Shown piece after piece: positions 57,129 through 64,000 of a stretch of DNA of 64,000 nucleotides; within the stretch, counting starts at the first letter, position 1, and every line of letters begins with the position of its first letter. Source of the DNA: Bacteroidales bacterium (GTDB lineage Bacteria > Bacteroidota > Bacteroidia > Bacteroidales > JAFGXI01). The notes beneath the pieces were generated by a model. That model was not told the origin of the DNA and did no database searches. It saw only the letters and a program-made list of their open reading frames with translations. Where the stretch lies: positions 20,146 to 84,145 of the forward strand of contig JAFGXI010000017.1 in assembly GCA_016936665.1 (NCBI GenBank), written 5' to 3'. The position numbers and the translations under genes were made by a program.

Positions 57129-57944
57129 TTATAAATGCAAGAATAGCCTAGTTCGCTTAAAATACCAGTCGGTTTTTGCTAAAAGCGATTTTGGTAAAAC
57201 TTTATAATCGCTCAACAGCAGAGCTGATTGAGAAAAACTGTTGGTTTTCAAATAATGAGTAATTGACTTTCTATAAACTTTATTTTTTAAACTTTGCTCT
57301 GTTATTAAAGTATAAACGGGAGTCGGCTTGTTTTCGACAGATTCTATAAATTTAATTTTATCTGAAACTTTTATTTTGGTTAATGTTAGGTATTCCCAAT
57401 GTTGTAACCAATTTGGATTTTGTAATGTACGTTGTTTCAATAAGGAAGACCACAATACAATATCTTTATCGAGCGATTTCTTTTGAAGGTAAATACAAAA
57501 TTTTAAAAAACTTACTGCCCTATCGTTAAACGTCTTACCTTCTATTTCCTGAGACATTTTTTCCTTTATAGAATCAATTTCTGTCAACTGAAAACCTAAT
57601 CGATATAAATTTTCGTTGAACTGCAAAGTGGCAGATTTCTCAACAGTATCGTTTGGAAAAAGAAACCGTTGTGCATAAACATAAAACATTACTTTATCAT
57701 ATTCCTTCAACAAAAAAAAGCTTTTCGATAATTCATTAATAAAAGCGGCCGCATAAGCATCGTTGGAGGCCGATTGTATAATTTGAAAAGCTTTTAATTC
57801 GGCATTTCTTATATTATCTTCAATGAGTTTTTTATCGTGTTGCGTGTGAATTAATTTCAAATATTCAAATTCGGTTTGGGTGGAGAACTGTGCAAATGCA
57901 GAATTCAACAAACTTATAAGTACAACTAAAATATAATTTCTCAT
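57129..57944 (-). CDS. hypothetical secreted, mainly helical protein
   Basis: 271 aa with a signal peptide (LLNSAFAQ). Its start lies 2 nt after the upstream gene's stop, consistent with an operon. Confidence 0.5.
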   Translation of the reverse strand: MRNYILVVLISLLNSAFAQFSTQTEFEYLKLIHTQHDKKLIEDNIRNAELKAFQIIQSASNDAYAAAFINELSKSFFLLKEYDKVMFYVYAQRFLFPNDTVEKSATLQFNENLYRLGFQLTEIDSIKEKMSQEIEGKTFNDRAVSFLKFCIYLQKKSLDKDIVLWSSLLKQRTLQNPNWLQHWEYLTLTKIKVSDKIKFIESVENKPTPVYTLITEQSLKNKVYRKSITHYLKTNSFSQSALLLSDYKVLPKSLLAKTDWYFKRTRLFLHL

Positions 57945-57946
57945 AA

Positions 57947-58537
57947 TTAAAACTGAATTGAAAACTGAATTCCTGTTGCAAAAGACATCGTATTTTTATT
58001 CTGGAAAGTTTGTTCTAGTTTGAACTTCACAGCGTACTTATAACGAATTTGCTCTTGCTTTTTTTCTAGTAGATATTTTCCATGAATCCAATCGTATAAG
58101 TAAGTTCCAACAATTACTATGGCTGCACCAACTAAAACTGCATCTCCAACATTAATACTGTAATTATCATTAATTTGAATTTTGCCTAACTGATCGCCTG
58201 TATCGTACCAATAACTTCCTAGAGCAGAACCTTTAGATTTTGCACTAAAATAAACTGCGCCAATGCTAACATATGCCATGCTCCTTAATGTAAGTAAAGT
58301 ATAGGCTTTTGATTTCTCTTGAGCTTTAAAGTGAACATAACCCGGAATAATGGCTGCGTAAGCCATATCCATCATGCGCACTTCTCGAGAAAGTAAGCGA
58401 AATTCATTTAAACTTACCGATTCGTGTAACACTGGTAATTTTACTTTATCGTCTTGTTGTTTAGGGTAGATATCAAAATCTTGAGCTATCGCTAGTTTTA
58501 TTAACAACAAAAGCCCAAAGAGCATCACAAGTCTCAT
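57947..58537 (-). CDS. hypothetical envelope protein (possibly DUF5683-like)
   Basis: 196 aa with a signal peptide and two internal hydrophobic segments (AAIIPGYVHF...; VLVGAAIVIVGTYLY). The C-terminus ends in an aromatic residue (FSIQF). Confidence 0.45.
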   Translation of the reverse strand: MRLVMLFGLLLLIKLAIAQDFDIYPKQQDDKVKLPVLHESVSLNEFRLLSREVRMMDMAYAAIIPGYVHFKAQEKSKAYTLLTLRSMAYVSIGAVYFSAKSKGSALGSYWYDTGDQLGKIQINDNYSINVGDAVLVGAAIVIVGTYLYDWIHGKYLLEKKQEQIRYKYAVKFKLEQTFQNKNTMSFATGIQFSIQF

Positions 58538-58592
58538 AATATTTTAAGCATTTGAAAAAATTGTACGTCTAAAGTCTTATTTTGTTATTAAA

Positions 58593-59567
58593 TTATTGCG
58601 ATACTTTAATACGATTCCCTTTTCTCGATATTTTTACATTCAAGCTCTCGGACACAAGTTTTAAAACAGAAGAAAGGTCTTTTTGTTCGTATTTGGCGGT
58701 CAACTTTAATGCTCGAGACACATTTTTATCTATTGAAATCTCAACATTATACTGTCTGCCAATATCTTCTGCAACAGCTTCTATCGGCGTTTCATCGAAT
58801 ACCAAGATACCGGTTTTCCACGATAAATAATTTTCGTTTTGGATTTCTGACTGGATGAGTGTTTTTGAGGTTTTTTTGTAATTGATTTGCCGACCTTTAG
58901 TTAAGACTCGCTCCTCTTGTCCATTAATTTTTACAGCGACTCTACCTTCTTCAACATAAACGTTAAACTTTTTATCGGTTTGTTCAATATAGAAAACAGT
59001 TCCTAAAACAGTAACTTCTGCCAAGTCTGTTTTAATGGTAAAAGGTAAATCAGGATTTTTGCTGACATGAAACATGGCATTGCCTTTCAGTTCGACTTCG
59101 CGATTTTTCTTATTGAATTTCCTGTTATATGCAAGTGCTGCTCCATCAGATAATTCTACCAACGATTGATCGGATAAATTAATCGACAAAACCGATTGAT
59201 GGCTTTGCACTTCTGTACTAGAAAAAAACAATTGTTGCACAGCAAAAGAAGAAACAGCAATTAAAACAAGGGCTGCCGCAATGCTCCACCATCGGCTCTT
59301 TGTTTTAATTTTTTTACCTGCTGTATTAAAACTTACCGCGCCAACAGTTTTCTGTTCAACCTTTTTCCATGCATGAGAAGAAAATTCGGGATAAGAATTG
59401 GTGTGAGTCAGTATCCATAAATGTTTTGCTTTTAGATATTGCTCCCGATGAGAAAAATCTTCTTTCACCCAATTCTCAAGCATAAGTATCTCATCTTCAT
59501 TTATATTGTGATTCAGATACTTATCAATAAGCACTTCAAAGTCGATATGTTCTTCTATGTTCTTCAC
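58593..59567 (-). CDS. FecR-family anti-sigma factor
   Basis: 324 aa with a central TM (WWSIAAALVLIAVSSFAV) and a FecR-type periplasmic domain (VELKGNAMFHVSKNPDLPFTIKT..AEVTVLGTVF). It lies directly downstream of an ECF sigma gene. Confidence 0.8.
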   Translation of the reverse strand: MKNIEEHIDFEVLIDKYLNHNINEDEILMLENWVKEDFSHREQYLKAKHLWILTHTNSYPEFSSHAWKKVEQKTVGAVSFNTAGKKIKTKSRWWSIAAALVLIAVSSFAVQQLFFSSTEVQSHQSVLSINLSDQSLVELSDGAALAYNRKFNKKNREVELKGNAMFHVSKNPDLPFTIKTDLAEVTVLGTVFYIEQTDKKFNVYVEEGRVAVKINGQEERVLTKGRQINYKKTSKTLIQSEIQNENYLSWKTGILVFDETPIEAVAEDIGRQYNVEISIDKNVSRALKLTAKYEQKDLSSVLKLVSESLNVKISRKGNRIKVSQ

Positions 59568-59587
59568 TGTTTATTTTACACACATTT

Positions 59588-60181
59588 TTACAAGTATCCC
59601 CCTACGCCTAGAGTCAGAAAAATTAATAAGGATAAATGATTTTTTAAAGCTTCTCTTAATATTTTTAAAGCTTTCGAAATTTGATTTTCTACCGTTTTAA
59701 TCGAAATACCTAATACTTCTGCAATTTCTTGGTATTTCTTGCCTTCGAACCGACTTAGCTCAAAAACTTCTCTACACTTATCTGGCAATAAATCCATAGC
59801 TTTATCGATATCGGATTGCAGATCGTTTAGTTCCATGGGTAGCACTTGGTCTTCGAATGCTTGTGTTATTTCTTCGTCGAGAAACTCGCTTCGATATTTT
59901 CCATTATCGCGTAGATAATTGAGCGAACGATTTCTTACCGATGTGTACAGATACGACTTCAACGAAGTATCGTGGCTAACAGCATCTCTTTTATGCCATA
60001 AATTGATGAAGACATTCTGAACCACTTCTTGTGCCGCATCTTCGTCGAAAACAAACGAACGCGCAAACGATACCAACATTTTGTAGTATTGATTAAAAAG
60101 TGCTTCGTAAGCTTGTGGACTTAATATTTCTGTAGAGTTATTCAAACTGTAAAAAATCAGTGGCTTTTTTCCGCCAGACAT
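59588..60181 (-). CDS. ECF (sigma-70 family) RNA polymerase sigma factor
   Basis: 197 aa. Region 2 is AQEVVQNVFINLW; the region 4 HTH is KKYQEIAEVLGISIKTVENQISKAL. Confidence 0.85.
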   Translation of the reverse strand: MSGGKKPLIFYSLNNSTEILSPQAYEALFNQYYKMLVSFARSFVFDEDAAQEVVQNVFINLWHKRDAVSHDTSLKSYLYTSVRNRSLNYLRDNGKYRSEFLDEEITQAFEDQVLPMELNDLQSDIDKAMDLLPDKCREVFELSRFEGKKYQEIAEVLGISIKTVENQISKALKILREALKNHLSLLIFLTLGVGGYL

Positions 60182-60189
60182 GAAATCAC

Positions 60190-61071
60190 TTATATACTTG
60201 CGCTCTCTGTAAGGATTTTTCTATCCACTTTTTTTATCATCCCCTGCAATGCATTGCCAGGCCCAACTTCTGTAAAAGATTCTGCGCCATCCGATAACAT
60301 ATTCATAACAATTTGTGTCCATTTAACCGGCGCAGTAAGTTGAGCTATAAGATTTGATTTAATAACAGAAGGATCGCTTGTCGCCTGTGCCGTAACATTT
60401 TGATAAACAAGACATATAGGCGCAGCAAATTCGGTATTATTAATTGCTTGTTCCAATTCGGCTCTGGCCGGTTCCATCAAAGGAGAATGAAAAGCACCGC
60501 CAACAGCTAGTTTCAATGCTCTTTTCGCACCGGCTTCTGTAAGTTTCTCAATCGCTTTATCTATCCCTTCAATACTTCCGCTAATGACTAATTGGCCGAC
60601 TGTATTGTAATTGGCAGGAACGACGACCGCATCGATATCCGCACATATTTTTTCGACAACGTCATCGTCTAAGCCAATAATTGCAGCCATTGTAGATGGT
60701 TCAATCTCACATGCTTTTTGCATTGCATTAGCTCTTTTAGAAACCAATTTCAAACCATCATCGAAGTTCATTGCGCCTGCAGCTACCAACGCTGAAAACT
60801 CACCTAAAGAATGACCGGCAACCATACTTGGTTTAAATTGATCGCCCATGGTCTTGGCTAAAATAACCGAATGTAAAAAAACAGCTGGCTGTGTTACTTT
60901 AGTTTGTTTTAAATCCTCGTCGGTACCTTCGAACATTAAATCTGTTATTCTAAAACCTAAAATTTCGTTAGCTCTTTCGAATAAATCTTTTGCTTCTTGA
61001 GAAGATTCGTATAAATCTTTACCCATGCCTACAAACTGAGCGCCTTGCCCCGGAAAAACGTATGATTTCAT
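60190..61071 (-). CDS. fabD: ACP S-malonyltransferase
   Basis: 293 aa. Contains FPGQGAQ, GHSLGEFSAL and GGAFHSPLM. Confidence 0.9.
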   Translation of the reverse strand: MKSYVFPGQGAQFVGMGKDLYESSQEAKDLFERANEILGFRITDLMFEGTDEDLKQTKVTQPAVFLHSVILAKTMGDQFKPSMVAGHSLGEFSALVAAGAMNFDDGLKLVSKRANAMQKACEIEPSTMAAIIGLDDDVVEKICADIDAVVVPANYNTVGQLVISGSIEGIDKAIEKLTEAGAKRALKLAVGGAFHSPLMEPARAELEQAINNTEFAAPICLVYQNVTAQATSDPSVIKSNLIAQLTAPVKWTQIVMNMLSDGAESFTEVGPGNALQGMIKKVDRKILTESASI

Positions 61072-61081
61072 ATTGTATTGA

Positions 61082-61717
61082 TTATCTTAAATTTGATTGA
61101 ATTAAATTGATAAACTCGTCACGAGTAGCCTGCTTTTGGAAAGCACCACTAAAATCGGAAGTCGTTGTTACTGAGTGTTGTTTTTGAACGCCTCTCATCA
61201 CCATACACATATGCTGAGCTTCGATAACAACCGCCACGCCTAATGGATTTAGAGTATCTTGAATACATTCTTTTATTTGAGTTGTTAGTCGTTCTTGAAC
61301 CTGCAACCGTCTGGAGAATGCATCAACCACTCTAGCGATTTTACTTAAACCGGTAATATATCCATTTGGAATATAAGCGACATGCGCCTTACCAAAAAAC
61401 GGTAGCATATGATGTTCGCACATAGAGAATATTTCGATGTCTTTAACCAAAACCATTTGTCTGTATTCTTCTTTAAACATTGCCGATTTTAAAATCTCAA
61501 CCGGATCTTGTTGGTAACCTTGGGTTAAAAACTGAATAGATTTCGCCACTCTTAAAGGTGTTTTAACTAGCCCTTCGCGTTTAGAGTCTTCTCCAGAAAT
61601 ATTATCTAAAACAGTTTGATAAGCATTTTGCAACACTTGTATCGAAGCATCATTGTATCGTTCAATTTTCACATACCCCTCTTCAGCATTTTCTAAATTT
61701 TGAATTGTACAATCCAT
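61082..61717 (-). CDS. folE: GTP cyclohydrolase I
   Basis: 211 aa. Contains [21 protein letters not shown] and [12 protein letters not shown]. Confidence 0.9.
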   Translation of the reverse strand: MDCTIQNLENAEEGYVKIERYNDASIQVLQNAYQTVLDNISGEDSKREGLVKTPLRVAKSIQFLTQGYQQDPVEILKSAMFKEEYRQMVLVKDIEIFSMCEHHMLPFFGKAHVAYIPNGYITGLSKIARVVDAFSRRLQVQERLTTQIKECIQDTLNPLGVAVVIEAQHMCMVMRGVQKQHSVTTTSDFSGAFQKQATRDEFINLIQSNLR

Positions 61718-62013
61718 CTTGTATGTATTTAAGCCAAAAAATTGACAGGTTATTTATAATAAATTTAAACAAAGGTAATGTTTTTTACTTTTTTGAAAAT
61801 CGAAAAAGTAGAGATAAAAAATGATCGATAAAAAAAGCAATTAAATTCATCAACATATTTTAACATATCACAACAACTTTAGGTCTTCATTAAGCAAACC
61901 AGCATGCTCTACTATATGCAGAAATACTTAATACAGGCAAAAGTTTGACGGGCTGATTTTACACCATAGGTCAGGGGAGCTTTGTTTAAGTTGCTTTTAA
62001 ATAAAAATAATGT

Positions 62014-62021
62014 TAAATTTG
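62014..62021 (+). promoter_or_regulatory. candidate -7 box TAAATTTG for the C25 peptidase gene
   Basis: Matches TAnnTTTG and ends 29 nt upstream of the ATG at 62050. Confidence 0.35.
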
Positions 62022-62049
62022 ATTTCAATATTTTATTACTTAAAATGCT

Positions 62050-64000
62050 ATGAGAAATTTTTATTTTACAATTTTAACCTTAACCTTAGTATTGCTTATA
62101 GGTAATACATGGGCACAAACGCAAAGAGTGAATTTGAGTAGCTCAAATGCAAAAAATCAATTAGAAGTTATTTCAAAATCAAGCACCAATCTTACATTGC
62201 TGAACTCCATTTCGAATTTTGCTTACGAAATTTTAAGCCTAAAAGGAGAAAACTATATCAACATCAGCGCGCAAGGTTTTTATAAGAGTAATGCTGTAGG
62301 TTTACCAAACCTTCCAGAAGTCCACAAACTAATCGAAATACCGTTTGGATCAGAAATTAGAATCTCAGTAATTGATTACGATGAAGAAGTAATTGAATTG
62401 TCTTCTTTAGGCATAACAGACAAAATACTTCCTGTTCAAGAATCTTACTCTAAAAGCGAAGATCCGGACTCGAAGCCTTTCAGAATAAACGATCAGATAT
62501 TTTCTCAGAACGATTTTTATTCTAAAGATTTAATTGAAATTGAAGAAGTCGGCATAAGCCGTGGTGTTCATATAGGACGATTGATTGTTAATCCATTTTC
62601 TTATAATCCTGTTACAAACGAACTTAAAGTAAAAACGAATTTAATTTTCAAAATAGAATTTGAAAATGCAGACTTATCGTTAACAAGATCGATGAAACAG
62701 CAATTCTATTCGCCTGCATTCAATAGTGTTTTTGAGACACTACTAACCACAGAACAAGCTTCTACTAAAGATGGCATTGTTGATTATGGACCTGTAAAAT
62801 ACATTATTGTTGCAAATAGGATGTTCGAAACAGCGTTACAACCTTTTATTGAATGGAAAACACTTAAAGGCTTCAATGTAATTGTTGCTTATACCGATGT
62901 TATTGGAACTACAACTAGCAATATTAAATCGTACCTGCAAGACCAATACGAAAATCCTTCTGATGGCATTAGTCCTTCATATATTTTGTTTGTAGGAGAC
63001 AATGCCCAAATACCAGCATGGAACAGCACTAACAGTGGCTCTGGAGGAACAGACCACGTGAGTGATTTATATTATGCCGAATACACAGGAGATTATATTC
63101 CTGAAGTGTATTATGGTAGGTTTTCGGCTAACTCAGTTGCAGAGCTAACTCCACAAATTGACAAAACCATCGAATACGAAAGATATGAGATGGCTGATCC
63201 TTCTTTTTTGAACGAAGCCGTTCTTGTAGCAGGAGTTGACTCTTACGGTAATTCCGAAAGTTATGGCAATGGACAAATATATTACGCAATCAATGAATAT
63301 TTCAATTCGGCTCACGGTTATACCGATGTTCACACCTATTTATATGGTAGTGGTTCGCCAATAACTTCCGACGATAATGCGGCACCTGCAGCTATACACC
63401 AAAATGTTTCTGATGGTGTCGGTTTTGTAAATTATACAGCACATTGCGATTGGAATGGTTGGGCAGACCCCTCTTTCGACGTTGATGATATTGACGATTT
63501 AACTAATGATGGAATGTATTCGTTAATGATTGGCAATTGCTGTCGTTCCAATAGATTTAACACTACCAGCAATGGAGGAACATGCTTTGGTGAAAAAATT
63601 ATGAGGGCAGAAAACGCTGGTGTTATAGGCTATATTGGCGGATCGGATTATACCTATTGGGATGAAGATTTTTATTGGGGAGTAGGAGTCGATCAAATCG
63701 GAATTACATCAGGAACAGCACAAAATCATACTTATGAAAATACCGGCCTTGGAGCGTATGATGGTGCTTTTCACGAAAACGGAGAAGCAGAATCAGATTG
63801 GTATGTTACCTCAGGTCAAATGATGTATGTTGGTAACTTAGCAGTTACTGAGGGAGGTTCAAGTTATGTTCATTATTACTGGGAAATATACCATTTAATG
63901 GGAGATCCATCCTTGATGGCTTATTACACAGTACCTTCTGCACTTACAGCAACACATTCTTCGTCTGAACCAGTTGGTATTACAACATATACTGTAAACA
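62050..64000 (+). CDS. peptidase C25 (gingipain-family cysteine peptidase), partial; continues beyond the window
   Basis: Hand translation is open to the window end: MRNFYFTILTLTLVLLIGNTWAQ (signal), a propeptide-like region, then YIIVANRMF..FIEWKTLKGFNV, YILFVGDNAQIPAW, NYTAHCDWNGW (His region) and IGNCCRSNRF (Cys region). It is missing from the ORF track because there is no stop in the window. Confidence 0.75.
   Translation, partial: MRNFYFTILTLTLVLLIGNTWAQTQRVNLSSSNAKNQLEVISKSSTNLTLLNSISNFAYEILSLKGENYINISAQGFYKSNAVGLPNLPEVHKLIEIPFGSEIRISVIDYDEEVIELSSLGITDKILPVQESYSKSEDPDSKPFRINDQIFSQNDFYSKDLIEIEEVGISRGVHIGRLIVNPFSYNPVTNELKVKTNLIFKIEFENADLSLTRSMKQQFYSPAFNSVFETLLTTEQASTKDGIVDYGPVKYIIVANRMFETALQPFIEWKTLKGFNVIVAYTDVIGTTTSNIKSYLQDQYENPSDGISPSYILFVGDNAQIPAWNSTNSGSGGTDHVSDLYYAEYTGDYIPEVYYGRFSANSVAELTPQIDKTIEYERYEMADPSFLNEAVLVAGVDSYGNSESYGNGQIYYAINEYFNSAHGYTDVHTYLYGSGSPITSDDNAAPAAIHQNVSDGVGFVNYTAHCDWNGWADPSFDVDDIDDLTNDGMYSLMIGNCCRSNRFNTTSNGGTCFGEKIMRAENAGVIGYIGGSDYTYWDEDFYWGVGVDQIGITSGTAQNHTYENTGLGAYDGAFHENGEAESDWYVTSGQMMYVGNLAVTEGGSSYVHYYWEIYHLMGDPSLMAYYTVPSALTATHSSSEPVGITTYTVN

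Noticed and set aside
1-64000. Looked for CRISPR arrays, tRNA/rRNA genes, integrases or transposases, reverse transcriptases, and toxin-antitoxin or restriction-type defence genes.
   Set aside because: None is recognisable by eye in any ORF or intergenic region. The accessory blocks therefore cannot be called mobile islands or defence loci from this window alone.

Overview
This is a low-GC Bacteroidota-type chromosomal segment. The evidence is five or more proteins ending in type-A T9SS (Por) C-terminal sorting domains, many lipobox lipoproteins, TAnnTTTG -7 promoter boxes, a GSCFA protein, an ECF-sigma/FecR pair and a gingipain-like C25 peptidase. I found no rRNA, tRNA, CRISPR array, transposase or integrase.

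Housekeeping genes are dapD, gcvP, ispG, tsaC, mtnA, cdd, fabD, folE, yggS and a TetR-TolC-MFP-RND efflux operon. They are interspersed with accessory blocks:

1. A 16-kb minus-strand T9SS cargo island (4.5-20.7 kb). It is dominated by a 3266-aa multi-LamG protein and carries membrane-anchored TPR-HTH regulators, one of them a two-lesion pseudogene.
2. A second regulator and cargo module at 48.6-54.6 kb.
3. At 38.4-43.7 kb, a cluster I cannot assign to any named system, and my best candidate for something undescribed. It has a mini-lipoprotein with a single Cys pair, two paralogous lipoproteins ending in a CPGC thioredoxin-like module, and an atypical M19-like amidohydrolase. It is preceded by a T14 tract and a perfect palindrome.
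4. A 269-bp MITE-like element with terminal inverted repeats, lying exactly between ispG and tsaC. Solo hairpin copies of its terminus sit downstream of two other genes.

All functional calls come from reading motifs in the supplied translations or my own hand translations. No database search was run.
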